From the NCBI GenBank assembly GCA_963693365.1, contig CAVNZM010000008.1:1302001-1366000 (forward strand): a DNA stretch of 64,000 nt, read 5' to 3'. Of this stretch, positions 1-41,862 are shown one piece after another (the first letter of the stretch is position 1; every line of letters starts with the position of its first letter). A program made the position numbers and the translations under genes. A model generated the notes under the pieces. It saw only the letters and a list, made by a program, of their open reading frames with translations. It made no database searches and was not told where the DNA came from. This stretch comes from Amoebidium appalachense (lineage: Eukaryota; Protista; Ichthyosporea).

Positions 1-626
1 GGGACAAGCAGGAATGTGGTGAGGCAGTGGCGAGGTGGCATTTGGTGGCGGTGGTGGGAATGCCCTATTTGTTTTCTTTACTTTTTTCTTTTCTCTTTGA
101 TGAGGGGAGTGTTTTTTTTTCTTTTCTTTTTCTTCTTTTTTTTTTTTTTTTTTTTTGGGGGGGGGGGGGGGGGGGGAGGGGGGAGGGGGTTTAGAAGGGG
201 ATGCATAAGAGCAATAAAGGCAGTATAGCCGCTTTCTTCTGAAGTGAGGCGGTGGGGGCGTTAGGTGGAGGGAGTGTATATAGGTGTAAGGGACGTGTCG
301 TTGAATATGCGAAAGAAGGTGGTTCTTCCTTTTCCCCTCGTGGGTGTGCATGAGCGTGAGTGTAAGGGGGTGGGGAAGAGAGGAGGGGGCAGGGGGCGGG
401 CGGGGGGCAGGGAGGGGGAGGGGGATAACATACATCAATTCGCTTTCCCGGTTAGTGTAATGAGCATTTTGGTCGTAGCAATACTCGGGGATTAATAGAA
501 AGAGCGACTATGTTCCTCCCCGGGGCGAGGGAGGAGAGGGGGGGGGAAAGGGGGGGGGGGGGGAGAGAGAGGGCGGGAGGGGGGTAGGAGTTATGGGGTA
601 GAAAGGGGGCTCATGTGTGGGGGCAG

Positions 627-18069
<17,443 letters not shown>

Positions 18070-19235
18070 AGGGAGGAAATTCAGACGGGCAATGGCCCCA
18101 TACTTTGCATGAATGAATGGAATGAAGGAGTGCGGCATGAATGATGTTTCCTCAACTTAGCCAACAGAATAGGATGTAGGCTAGGGGATTGAGGTGCATG
18201 TAGAGTCACCCCCCTGTAATAAGGTGCAGGGGTGGCTTGAATGTCACTCGGCGGGCCGTGCGGGGGAAGCTTCGGGGGGGGGGGGGGGGGGGGGGGGGGG
18301 GGAGGTATAAAGTGCAACGTTAACTAGCTGTAGTCGGCAAACTAATTCTCAATTTTTTAATTCTCGATTTCAATTTTCAAGGAGAGTGGTTACGTCACTG
18401 GAAAAGAGGGGGGGGGGGGGGGGGGGGGAGACTCGTGACCAGATTGACACTTAAATGGAATTTATAAGGTAGAAACGTTTTAGATGGTTTCCTATACGTT
18501 GGTGGTTTAATGAGTCTGGTGGTGGGGCAATAATGTACCATGTTGCGTATGAATAAACAAACGGTTAAGGGACTGTGGGTGACACGGTGTTTCCCCAACC
18601 ATATCCATAAAAGGTCCTTGAATGTGCCATATATGGCAAGTGGTCTGGTTTTTATTGGTCAGCGACCTGAATAATCCGTGACGTATTCACAGATATTCTT
18701 TCTCTACATTTTACACAGGCATCGGGCAGACAACATGTTAGCCACAACCTAGGAGTATTCACAAAGCATTCACAGATATTCATGTAAACACTGTACACTT
18801 GGCACAGATACCTAGACCACCAACCCATTGTGTTACCAAGCACAGATAAAGACTTACAACATGCTTAGCGCCGCACCAGGGTAGTTTTGTGATTCTTGGA
18901 CCGCTATATACGGGTGTTGATTAAAGAGCATGTCTGTTTTTTGGTTTTGTCTAATGTGCGCTTGGTTGGTGCTATGCGGTGTCTGCTTGTGTGTGCACTT
19001 GGGCAAGAGGAAAAATGCATGCGTGGGGGGCGGTGAAAAGATCGACCAAAAGCCAAAAAAAAAAAAAAAAGATTCCATTCGATCTGTATAACAGAAGACG
19101 TGCAAGAATTGATGCATGGCTGTCCATGCGTGCTGCTAAATTACTACTCGAGGTCACAGGCTAGCCTAAAAACCAGCAACTGGCTGTGTAAATCTAATCC
19201 AAAACTACCAAATACATCCCAGTACACCGTATTCT

Positions 19236-28100
<8,865 letters not shown>

Positions 28101-28988
28101 GGTGCCTGCACGTGCTGGGACTGAGCTGGTGTGGCAGGGTCTATGATTTCAGTGGAACTATGGTGGTGGCGCAAGAGTGCATTGCCGTTTCAGTTACAAG
28201 CCACTTGAAGCACTCTCAGGCTGCAGCTGCGGCTCGAGAGCTCTGGTGTCCGCCTGTGTGCAGAGTCTCCGCAAGTGCCCCTGCCCGCAGTGCGTGCCGT
28301 GCGTTTCGTGCAGTTTGCCGGACAAGTTCGAATTGGAATTCAGTCAGTCGTGGACGTGACGGAATGTGCCAACTACCAATAAGAATCGACCTGACTCTCC
28401 CGATTCCCGATATGGCTAATCCGTTAGCATACTTGCCTTATATGGCTTCCATAACAAAAGCTCGCCGCGAGCCACGGACAGTCGCGGAGGGAACGACAAG
28501 GCAAGACGACGTGAACATGGTAGGGTCGCAGAGACTGGAATATGGATTCAATAGTGAAAGCCACATCATCATTACTAAGAAATTGTGCATGCGAAACTAA
28601 AACAAATAAATCTCATTCGGGCCAAAGTTTCCTTCTGGTTGTGAATGTTCAATGTTGCGATCTAAAGGCCATCATAGTGGGGCACGGGATCCTTGACTCC
28701 TGGGGCAACAACCACGGCAGCATGTATACCGGCCCAGCACGAAATATACTTATCGGCAGCCCACTGAACTCGCCCATTTTCTCTTTTTCATGTATGACCC
28801 TCCTTTTTTGTGAAATCACCCTTTTTGGCCTCCCGGTAGTGGATTTTGCAGGATTTGACTTCTTTGAGGTCCAAAGACCTCAAATTTTCCCCGGCGGGGC
28901 CGGGGAGGGAGAATTCAAAAATTGCCCGCTCCTGATATGGTACCCGGGCCGTTTGCAAACTTTAAAGATCGGGGAATAAATTTGGTTA

Positions 28989-29040
28989 CATTCCAATCTT
29001 GCTTGCACGGGTATAAATATGGCATGAGCCTCAGTCAGTC
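28989..29040 (+). promoter_or_regulatory. Core promoter of the Thr-rich gene family (CCAAT - TATAAA - TCAGTC initiator-like)
   Basis: CATTCCAAT...CTTGCAC.GGTATAAA...CATGAGCCTCAGTCAG recurs upstream of all four paralogues (~37791, ~43306 on the - strand, ~44114). Confidence 0.65.
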
Positions 29041-29113
29041 GACAGAAATCCAGACAACACAACCAGCACCAATAGCCACACACCTTTGAACCCTACCCGC
29101 CTATCCTCTAAAG

Positions 29114-29695
29114 ATGAAGTGCCTGGCTCTCCTTTCCGCCGCGCTCTTCGGCCTTGCTGCCGCCGCCGCCACCCTCCCAACCGCCTCTCCAGCGGCGCTT
29201 GTGGCTCCAGCGAGCCCTGCCACGGCGCCTTCAGCCGACAGCCAGCCGCTGGTCGGTGCGGCCAAGGCCAAGACGGTGACCAAGACGGTGACCAAGACGG
29301 TGACGCAAACGGCGGAAAAGACGCTTGTCTCCACGACCACGGCCACGCTGACGGCCACCACCACTGCGCACGTCACGGCCACAGCCAACGTGACGCCCCG
29401 GGCCATCACAGTCACGCTGACAAGCAGCGTGGTAGCCACCGAGGTGCACTGGCGCACAGTCACAGCCACGCTCACACAGACACAGCCCGCCCCAGCGCCT
29501 GTCACGGTGACGGAGACGCACGTGGTGGCGGTGCCCACCACGCTCACGGAGACGGCCACGGAGACGGCGACGGCAACGCTAGCTGTGTCCACGCTGGTCG
29601 CCACCACCACGGCCGTGCAGACCAGTACCGTGCTGCAGCCCACAACCCTCACCGAGACAGTCACAAGCACCGCCACACAGTCGGCTGTGGCTTAG
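29114..29695 (+). CDS. Secreted Thr/Ala/Val-rich protein, paralogue 1 (193 aa, intronless)
   Basis: Signal peptide MKCLALLSAALFGLAAAA, KTVT repeats, GC3-rich codons, four conserved copies. Confidence 0.85.
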   Translation: MKCLALLSAALFGLAAAAATLPTASPAALVAPASPATAPSADSQPLVGAAKAKTVTKTVTKTVTQTAEKTLVSTTTATLTATTTAHVTATANVTPRAITVTLTSSVVATEVHWRTVTATLTQTQPAPAPVTVTETHVVAVPTTLTETATETATATLAVSTLVATTTAVQTSTVLQPTTLTETVTSTATQSAVA

Positions 29696-29776
29696 GTGAC
29701 ACAGATAACCTGTCTTTGGTCATGGGAAACCATTTCACATGTCATATTTTGTACAGCTGTTGACAACAAGCATTAT

Positions 29777-30090
29777 GGAGCATTGATTTTGAAGCCAGGG
29801 CGGGGGTAGTAGCAAGTTTAGGGGAGGGGGTACCCGCCACCCCGCGAAAGGTTGGGTCCCCTCCCCCGGGGGGGGGGGGTACCCCACCACCCCGGCCAGG
29901 CTCTTAGATAGTACTATAAGTGCTATATAGTACTATATGTTCACATATGAGGGGGGGGGGCCGAGGGGTACCCACCACCCGCCGAGGGGACGGGTCCCCC
30001 CCCCCCCTCCCCCCGGGGGGGGGTACCCACGACCCCCTTACCCCTTGAAACTTTCTACTACCCCCTCCCCGGTTTCAAAATCAACGCTCC
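29777..30090. mobile_element. MITE-like element with ~43-bp imperfect TIRs
   Basis: GGAGCATTGATTTTGAAGCCAGGGCGGGGGTAGTAGCAAGTTT matches the reverse complement of the right end (GGAGCGTTGATTTTGAAACCGGGGAGGGGGTAGTAGAAAGTTT). Internal GGGGTACCC-CACCC motifs occur four times. No TSD seen. Confidence 0.7.
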
Positions 30091-30728
30091 CTTCTCTGTA
30101 ATAATTATTATTGAGTCTGTACGGACCTGCATCTGAATAGCATCATGGCATAGTATAGCCTATTATTAGTATTATTTATAATATCCGATTATTATTATAT
30201 AACACGGTCGGCTGCCTAGACCTGTTGTATAAATATATAGTAGTGCCAGTGTGTTGCAATAGGTTGAGTATAGGTGATCAAATTATTGTAGCTGCAGACT
30301 TTGGATGCACATGTATGCCAAATGGCTTCGGATTGACATGTCAGCGCACTGGTCACGGTGCAAAGCTCTGGAAACCCATGAACATAATTATTGGAATAAA
30401 AATTTATGGCCACTGCCCAAATTCAAAGATTGTGGGAGCTTTTGCTGTTTTGCAGCCTGAACAAGGTGTTGGTGTACAAATAAATGAGCTTTTGGGGGCC
30501 AGAGGCCCTTTCTATTCTGCATATCATACAAAGCGCAAAAAGTGATCCAATCATAAATTCGGAAGCGGCTAGCCTTTTTGGGATTCCGGCGCACCAATCA
30601 TGTTAGGCCGGTCTCGCCCCAGATTTCACCAGCCGCAATCGCGTAGCTCCTCGGATTTCGCCGCGGATGCCCAGATTTCATCTTTTTGCAATCACCTGGG
30701 TATTTGTGTCCCTATCAACGTCCCACCA

Positions 30729-30771
<43 letters not shown>

Positions 30772-31859
30772 GGCCTCCCCCCCACCTCCCCCCTCTTCCG
30801 AGCTCTCTCTTGCCCTCCCTCTGACTGTCTCCTCAATCAGATTCTCCCCTCCCTTTAACCCGCAAAGCACAAAATAGAGACGAACGTTAAGGAAATACCG
30901 TCTTTGGTGGGTGGAGAAGGGACTTCTTAATAAGGCCGTGATCACGAGCATAGGGGGGGGGGGGGGGGACCCACCACCCCACTTGACCAGGTGGGTCCCC
31001 TCCCCCTCCCCCCCCCCCCCCCCCTCTGCGGCTGCTTGGGGGGAGGGGGGGGGAGGGGGGGGGACCCACCCACCCTCGGGGGGGGGGGGGGGGGGGGGGG
31101 GGAGGGACCCACCCACCTCTGAGGCTGCCTGGGGGAGGGGGGGAGGGGGGTACCACTAGGGGGTGCGTCGATATTTACTACTCTCCCCCCGCCCATTTCA
31201 AACTCAAAAATCCCTTATATACTGGCTAGACGTGAAGTTAATTAAAAAGAGACTGAATACTTGGCTGTCCGGCTAGAGCCCAACTGCTATTGAGGAAGTG
31301 TCGGCCAGGTGACGAGACATCCGCGTGGTATAAAAGGGCAGAGCCCTCAATATCGCGAGTCAAATTGTGTGCAGTGTGGAACGTATGATTCCTTCATAAA
31401 TATTGCATTAGTGACACCAAATCAACGTGTCCGTCTCTCCTGTTTATTCCAGTCTAAGAACCTACCATCATCAGTCAACTTCACGTTACTTTCCAATCAG
31501 CTTCTCAGATTCTATCATTGAATCTCCTGTTACTTGTCATACCGTTACTACAAGCCTAATCAAACCAATCAGAAGACGTGCTTATGAATTTTCTTCTTTA
31601 TAAAGCTACATAAGGAGGATAGAGCTGATATGTTAAATGGTACAATACCTTTTGTGTCGTGACAACGCCGTCCATGATGGCACCTCAACAAGAGTAATAA
31701 AAAGCGGGCAGTGTTGTGATTCGAGGAAGATAATAAATGCTCAGATTCTGAAAGTTTAGTGAAATCTTTTTTTTTTTTTAAATCAGAAGAAGGGGGAGGC
31801 GGATAACATGTTGGAGAGAGGTTTTTTTTGGGGGGGGAAGGCGGGGGGTGGAGGGGGGG

Positions 31860-33391
<1,532 letters not shown>

Positions 33392-34976
33392 GGTGGGTTC
33401 TTCAGTGGTTTCCCCAAGCACGGTTTCGCCAGGGGTGAAAGAGCACGCACGTGTGCACGGGTGCCAGCCTGCCAGCCTGTGCCAGGCCCCAATCAAATCC
33501 GCGCGTGTTCTTAGTCAACAGTTTCACGTCACAATAGTGTGTATTCTGCAGGAGGAAGAAAACACTTGTTGCTTAGAGTGACACTGTGAAGAATGGGTAC
33601 ATCAATGACATGCATACACCTGTATGCCCCAGCTATTCCCACAAAACCTCACCTGTATGCCACGGTCAAGCTGGTCTTCTGCCAAGTTTACATCAAGGAT
33701 ATCCATGTTGGGTTCCTAGTATTATGCTTTCCAAGGATATCCATATTGGGTTAATAGTATTATTATGCTTTCCGAAGAGTAATGCACGTACTATAACTGC
33801 TTTAACTCTACAAGTCTACTATAGAACGTTGCGGGCTAGTTGGGTCGACGGCAAAGACAATATGCATTAAAAATATTAAATTTCATTAAAAAAGGGCTTG
33901 GAACAATTTCTTGAGCCGCGGCTGACCTCTAGGCTACATATACGCTAGCTACATATGCATGATGTGTGCGTGGCGGGGGTAGTTTGGTAAACGTATGAGG
34001 AGGCTTTATGTTGGTTAAATGTAACATTATGTGTTAAAAAACTTCGCTAACTTGGTGTAATTATGGCTGATTATGGCGAATAACAGAGACGCAAACAGAA
34101 AGCCGGCAGGTGTACACACATACATAGTCGATCAGATGTATATGTGATAGTACGTGGTCAGGGGGGGATCCGCCTATATGGCGCATATACATTACAATTT
34201 AGGGTGATTCTACCGAGAGTGTGCCAAATCGGAAAATTTATCAAAGATTCTAAATAGATAATATTAGATATGCATTGTATTTTTTTAAACCCTGTTTCAT
34301 TGGTTCCGCTGAGTGGATCCTGCTGATTGGCTGTTCTGTTCAACATGGAATGTAGCCACTCTTAGTCCAAAGGCCTACTTTTGGTTACTTTGGTTACGCA
34401 CTGCTTGGCACTGGAAAGTCATGTGCATCCGTTAATAATATTAGCTCCAGTTTTTGACATGCACACACGTATGTATATACACAATTAAACACATAGCAAA
34501 ACGTGAAGAATAAACACACTGATACTTTGCCGTCATCTCCGATCAAACGGGAGGACGATTTTGATTGGTCATACTTTGTCCCAAACACTATCCCTTCACA
34601 AGATACTGCCAATTCCGTCGCCTCTAAAGCATGCAACAACTGACTACTGTTTGACACCAATAATGAAAATGATTGCTCTTGGGCTAACGGCTTTGATGCG
34701 ATACATAAAGCAAATCACAGTTTTATCGTTGTCTTACTGGTCATGCGGACCACCAGAGAACTCTCAGTGTTCGATCTTATGGCTGAGGGACAGCTGCATT
34801 CCTGACTCACTAACAAGTATATAAACTCAAGCTTGGCCACTCGATCATCATTCCAAAACATAAGAACACATAAGAACTGCACTGACTGGCGAAACATAAG
34901 AACTGGCTGGAAACACTGGCGAAACATAAGAACTGCACTGACTGAGCCTGCAAAAGCGAGCAAACAAAACCAGAAA

Positions 34977-35453
34977 ATGGCGTCTCTTCTCGCAACCACC
35001 CTCCTTGTTATCTCCAGCGTTCTTCCTTCCCACGTCACCGCCTTGCCAGTTGAACCCCGGCGCCTGACCGTCTTCCGACCCATGCTCTCCCCGTCTTCAC
35101 AACTCGCCACCACACAGCAAATCCTCTCCGACACAAGAACACGTGAACTGTCGCGCTGCGCAACACGATGCGCCCTACAAGCACCGGTATACGTGCCAAA
35201 CCCTAATAATACAACAGCGCGCGAAAATGACCCAGGATACACGTGTATCTACAACTGTGCTCTAAAGGTTCCCGGTGTGAACGCGGCAAACCTCTACCCC
35301 AGGCCGCTCCAGAACCTCCTAAATATGGAAAGGTGTGGAATCACGTGCGCGGCAAAGAGCGCAGCCAATGGAACCGTGTCGGCACAGGCGGCCACGTGCT
35401 TTGATGATTGCGCAAAGGATATTGGTGCGGTTAAGTCCAAACCGGCCAACTAA
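34977..35453 (+). CDS. Small secreted cysteine-rich protein with four CX3C motifs (158 aa, intronless)
   Basis: ATG at 34977 in an AAAATGG context, TATATAAA near 34818, signal-like MASLLATTLLVISSVLPSHVTA, and CATRC, CIYNC, CGITC, CFDDC. Confidence 0.78.
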   Translation: MASLLATTLLVISSVLPSHVTALPVEPRRLTVFRPMLSPSSQLATTQQILSDTRTRELSRCATRCALQAPVYVPNPNNTTARENDPGYTCIYNCALKVPGVNAANLYPRPLQNLLNMERCGITCAAKSAANGTVSAQAATCFDDCAKDIGAVKSKPAN

Positions 35454-35739
35454 TTAGAGAACCCAAGAAAATAATAAATAAAATGTATACACATGATACA
35501 AGTTCGGAACTTGTCATGCGAATTTGGATCTGTAGTGATCTGTTTGTCGATCCCCCCCTCTCCCCCCCTCCTCCCCCTTCTCTTCCCCCTTCCCCCTTCC
35601 CCCCCCCCCTCCCCCTCCCCCCCCCCCCCTCCCTCCCCCCCCCCCCCAAAAAAAAAAAAAAAAAACACCACCACCAAAACCCATGCACGGTACATGCGCG
35701 CACACGTGCGAACGTACACTCACACTCATACTCACGCAA

Positions 35740-36430
<691 letters not shown>

Positions 36431-36918
36431 GAGTCACTGGCAGACACACATACCATGACGACTGCATACATCCCTGCCAACACATACATACTGTGTATAC
36501 ACGGCGCAAAAACATATCTTGATTGCACCATCTGTGGTTGATGCAATAACAAACAAGGCACAGAATAGCGCACGATGAATGCACAAATTTGTCAACAGTT
36601 ATGTCAGTTTATCCTATGTATGGAGTATGGGCAACATAACAGGCGCACATTTCGTGCATTATGACTGCTTCGATTTTTAATGATGGACAAATAGGCAGGT
36701 AGTTAGAGCTCACTTACCACTGTTTCCTTGTGTCTATATACGAGTGCTTATGAAATGAAAGGGCCCGGACGGTAAACGTGTGCATGTTTGTGGGGGTCAT
36801 CGTAGGAGGCTTCAGTGTTCCGTTGGTGTGCTGGCAGTTACTAGGTTTTGTGCATGTCATTGTGTACCTGTGTGTGTGTGTGTGTTTATCACGGTGTGTG
36901 TGCAGGGGGGATGGGGTG

Positions 36919-36954
<36 letters not shown>

Positions 36955-36983
36955 GGTAGGGGGATGGGCTTTGGGGGCGTAGG

Positions 36984-37121
36984 TGTGTTAGTTTAGCTAC
37001 TAGCATCGTAGCACCCTAGCTAGAGTACTGTCGGTGCTGGGTGGAAGACGGTAGTTCCCTCTGAGGGCCCCTAGGGGTACCTCCGGGAACAAAACGGGAT
37101 AAAAATAAAAAATAAAAAAAA
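36984..37121 (+). mobile_element. A-tailed short dispersed repeat (SINE or LINE 3' end), copy 1
   Basis: GTAGCACCCTAGCTAGAGTACTGTCGGTGCTGGGTGGAAGACGGTAGTTCCC...AAAACGGGATA plus an A-rich tail; reverse-complement copy at ~50638-50778. Confidence 0.65.
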
Positions 37122-37319
37122 GGGTTTGGGGGCATGGGGGGGGGGGGGGAGGGGGAGGCCTGTTTTTCTTTTTTCTTTTTTTCTTTGGGGGGGGGAGGAA
37201 GGGGGGGGGGGGGGAGAATATGAGAGAGAAGGGAGTGGGAGAGGGGGTGAGAGAGGGGGAGGGGGGAGAGGGGGGGGGGGGGGGGCGTGGGGGACACTGA
37301 GAGAAAAGAGAGGGGGCGG

Positions 37320-37382
<63 letters not shown>

Positions 37383-37917
37383 CGAGAGAAACCGAGAGGG
37401 GGGGGGGGGGGGGGGGGAGCCTCGGGGAGAGAGAGGCCGCGCACGAGAGAGAGTGAGTGTGAAAGAGAGTGAGAGAGTGAGTGAGATGTGAATGAGTGTG
37501 CACGTGAGACAAACACGGGTGAGATAGTGAGGAAGTGAGTGAGTGAGGAAGATATCTGGGGGAGAGAGAGAGAGTTTAAAGGTAGGTAGGGAGGCCTAGG
37601 GTCGGGAGAGACAGAGGGAGGGAGAGACTCAATGTAACATCCACCCATAACCAGTTCAAAAGCATACCTTCTGTAGATACGCAGCGGCGACGACCGAAAG
37701 ACGACGTGTAGACGTTCCGTGGCACGGTGCAAGATGGCATCTTTTGACAAACATGTCCGCCAATGAAATCGCGTTTAATTGGGAATTTATCATTCCAATC
37801 TCGCTTGCACTGGTATAAAGCACAAGCATGAGCCTCAGTCAGACGACAGAAATCCAGACAACACAACCAGCCACAATAGCCACACACCTTTGAACCCTAC
37901 CCGCCTATCCTCTAAAG

Positions 37918-38497
37918 ATGAAGTGCCTGGCTCTCCTTTCCGCCGCGCCCTTCGGCCTTGCTGCCGCCGCCGCCACCCTCCCAACCGCCTCTCCAGCGGC
38001 CCTTGTGGCTCCAGCGAGCCCCGGCCACGGCGCCTTCAGCCGACAGCCAGCCGCTGGTCGGTGCGGCCAAGGCCAAGACGGTGACCAAGACGGTGACCAA
38101 GACGGTGACGCAGACGGCGGAAAAGACGCTTGTCTCCACGACCACGGCCACGCTGACGGCCACCACCACTGCGCACGTCACGGCCACAGCCACCGTGACG
38201 CCCCGGGCCACCACAGTCACGCTGACAAGCAGCGTGGTGGCCACCGAGGTGCACTGGCGCACAGTCACAGCCACGCTCACACAGACACAACCCGCCCCCG
38301 CGCCTGTCACGGTGACGGAGACGCAGGTGGTGGCGGTGCCAACCACGCTCACGGAGACGGCCACTGAGACGGCGACGGCAACGCTTGTGTCCACGCTGGT
38401 CGCCACCACCACGGCCGTGCAGACCAGCACCGTGCTGCAGCCCACAACCGTCACGGAGACAGTCACAAGCACCGCCACACAGTCGGCTGTGGCTTAG
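37918..38497 (+). pseudogene. Thr/Ala/Val-rich paralogue 2, +1 frameshift (extra C at 38019-38022; may be a sequencing error)
   Basis: CGAGCCCCGGCC here versus CGAGCCCGGCC in copies 3 and 4; otherwise collinear with paralogue 1. Confidence 0.6.
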
Positions 38498-38968
38498 GCA
38501 TAGGTGACATAGGTATCGTAAGACATGTGGCATATTTTAGACCTGTAGAAACATGCTAATATGCTAAGACTCTGTAGGGATCTGCATTAAATTGGCCAGA
38601 ACTTACATAGGCAATGAACAACACTATGACCTTCCGTCGGAACGGTCGGTCACTTCTTGTATGTATGTACATGAGCAACAGCGTGCTGGTTTACATTAGA
38701 GGGCAATGAAAATTTGGTTGTATATTTTGAATGGCGGCCCGATCATGACCCACCATGCATGTATACACCTAGCAAATGATTTGGTGCAAGGCTCCCACAA
38801 CTTTCAACTCTTTAGCCTTGCAAGCTTTGTACGATGTTTCAGCCTGGCTAAAAGTTTAGGCGCTATAGGCGCTGCCGGTGCACAAATAAATTTATCATGA
38901 CTGTCGATATTAATCCACACAGTATCGACTTCGTGCATCTTTATAACGTCCCCCACCATCCCTTCCCC

Positions 38969-38999
<31 letters not shown>

Positions 39000-39327
39000 A
39001 CACACACACCACCCCCCGGCCCCCTCTTCCCCCCTCCCCCCCCTTAATCTCAATATGATAACCTTCCCTTCCCTCATCCAACAACCACTCAGCAAAAGAG
39101 AGACAAACACCCACACAACAACGAGTGAGGTGATCAAAATATTACATTAAAAGGAATGATAGAAAATATGTGTCATACAGGGGTGACTAAAATCAGGATA
39201 ATTTAAAATTAAGATAAATAGTGCTATTTTTTTTCAAAGTAAAGATAATAGGCTGGGTCTACCAAACCTGGTGGATATAGTAAGATTATCCCCGGGGGGT
39301 TTGGGGGGGAAGGTGGAGGGAGGGGAA

Positions 39328-39366
<39 letters not shown>

Positions 39367-39835
39367 TTTTGCACAGAACAAGGGGCAGTTGGCAGTGTTT
39401 TGTCTGCTAGTGAGAAGGATATGCAATGCTAACGCAACACCATTCTTACCGCCCGGTTGTGTTGGAGTTAGAGGGTGGGGGGGGATTCGAACGACCAATT
39501 GTTTTGAAGGGGGGTGTTTGGAGGGAACCGGGGAGATGGGGGGGACCCACCACCCATATGGGAAGGAGCCTCCCCTCCCCCCCCGTCTCCCCCTTCCCCT
39601 TCCCCCCCCCCCCCCCGTTCCATACACACACACATCCTCCCCTCCCTCTCCCCCTCCCCCCCCCTCCCCCCCCACCCCCCGCAACCCGAGGGCCCCAAGG
39701 AACCCATCCATGAACCCACCAACGACTAAAATCTGTCACCATTACATATTGGACACAGATTCTGATGTCGAGCAGGCTTTATATTTTATATCCGTCTTTA
39801 CGATTAAGGCTACATGCTTACAGTGTCCCTATTAG

Positions 39836-39869
<34 letters not shown>

Positions 39870-40252
39870 AACACCCCCCTCCCCCTCCCCCCTCCCCCCC
39901 CAACACCCCCTAACACCCCCCCCCCCCTACCCCCCCTCAGTCCCCACCTCCCCCCCCCAAAAAAAACAAAATGTAGGAAGGAAGGGGGTGGAGGGTTTAC
40001 AAGATTTATTGCTACCCTATGCAATTTAAAGTCAAAAGCATACATGCTATGGGCGTGGGTACGGGCACTGGCATATTTAAGTGATGTGTGTGCACAAGAA
40101 CATGTTTCACGTGCACACACAGACTGGCTGAGCGCAACTCACGGACGAACAGATCGGTATGGGAACACAAGCAAGCATTGTCAAGCACACACACACACAT
40201 AGTATCATAATGCGCAAACACCCACAAACACACACACACCCACAAACACACA

Positions 40253-40283
<31 letters not shown>

Positions 40284-40593
40284 CGTGATACACACGCGCG
40301 CGCACCACACACAGGGAGAGAGAGGGGGGGAGGGGGGGGGGGGGGGGGGGGGGGGGAGTGTCTGATCTCAAGAGAGAGATCTCAAGAGAGAGAGAGGGGG
40401 GGGGGGGGGGGGGGGGGGGAGAGAGAGAGAGGGGGGGGGGGGGGGGGGAAGAGAGAGAGAGAGATGTACATATGGCATCATACTCACACACATTGCGCAC
40501 ACGCAAGCATGCCCAGACACACACACGAACTGCATTCGCGCACGTGCACGCGTGCACGTGTGCATACACATCGACTAAATTTATAAATTCATA

Positions 40594-40720
40594 CACATAC
40601 ACATCCTTTACATATTACACATACATATCCTTTACATATTACACATGCACATCCTTTACATATTACACATACACATCCTTTACATATTACACACACACAT
40701 CCTTTTCATATTACACATAC
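40594..40720 (+). repeat. 24-bp minisatellite (CATACACATCCTTTACATATTACA), ~5 copies
   Basis: Seen directly in the sequence. Confidence 0.85.
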
Positions 40721-40825
40721 GTTCAGCCCGTCACAGCCTAAACATACACACCCACACACACACATATGCACACACGCGCGCGCGCGCGCACACACGTTCA
40801 CCCCCCCCCCCCCCCCCCCCCTTCT

Positions 40826-40885
<60 letters not shown>

Positions 40886-41212
40886 GCGCGTGCGCGCGCA
40901 CGTTTTTGAACGTTGGCAAGTGCGCCTAATTGCACACACCCAAGTAGAATTGCCCCTCCCCTCGCTCCCACCCCCCCCCCCCCCCCCCAGCGGACATAAC
41001 CCACCCCCCTAGTAAAAATTTATGATTATTTAGGCTATGGTCCCTTAAAATATATACTTTCAGGTAAAGGCACTGCTATTTAAATCATTCCAATTACTTG
41101 CTTAGAGTCACCCTGGTCAGGCCGATATCTACCCAAACAAAAAACGTCAGCGTGAGAAAAGATGTTATATCAAACCGTAGTACCGTAACACACGTGTCAC
41201 GATGCACACACA

Positions 41213-41268
<56 letters not shown>

Positions 41269-41269
41269 A

Positions 41270-41343
<74 letters not shown>

Positions 41344-41815
41344 ACACACACTTCCCGTGACGCACGTGCACGCGCGGCTCACACATGCTTGCTCATATAA
41401 ACACCCACACGCTCGCGCGCGCACAGGCGCGTGTGTGCGTGTGACACTGTGCACGTGCGTGTGTGTGTGAACATGTGGGTGTTTACATGAGCACAGCTGA
41501 CACCGAGTGTCTCTGGTGGACTTTCTTAATTTTTTTCTAAAAAAAAACCAAGTGCCCATTGTTTTAGTTTTATACGTATGTAGTGTAACAAATTTGATGT
41601 ACAAAGGGCAGTGTCACAACACATCATCCCTGTACCTGTACGGAAGCATAACAAACACTGAAGGGATATCTTGAGGAAACAAATTAATACTCCCCCCCTA
41701 CTTGAGACTGGTCTCTGTACCTCGAGTTGACCATGATAGCGTAACTGACACATAATTACACTAATGCACTTAGTAAATTGCACAAAAAAACGTTTACGTC
41801 GTGTAAGTGGACTAC

Positions 41816-41862
<47 letters not shown>

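Noticed and set aside
29086-29763. Overlapping alternative-frame and antisense ORFs over the Thr-rich genes
   Set aside because: A by-product of ACN/GCN/GTN codon bias; only one frame has a signal peptide and an appropriately placed promoter.
34833-34976. 48-aa N-terminal extension of the CX3C protein
   Set aside because: Starts at a non-ATG codon just after the TATA box and consists of short leader repeats; ATG 34977 gives a proper signal peptide.
37007-37060. 5S rRNA-derived sequence
   Set aside because: Only a weak similarity to the internal C-box region; the rest does not fit 5S sequence or structure.
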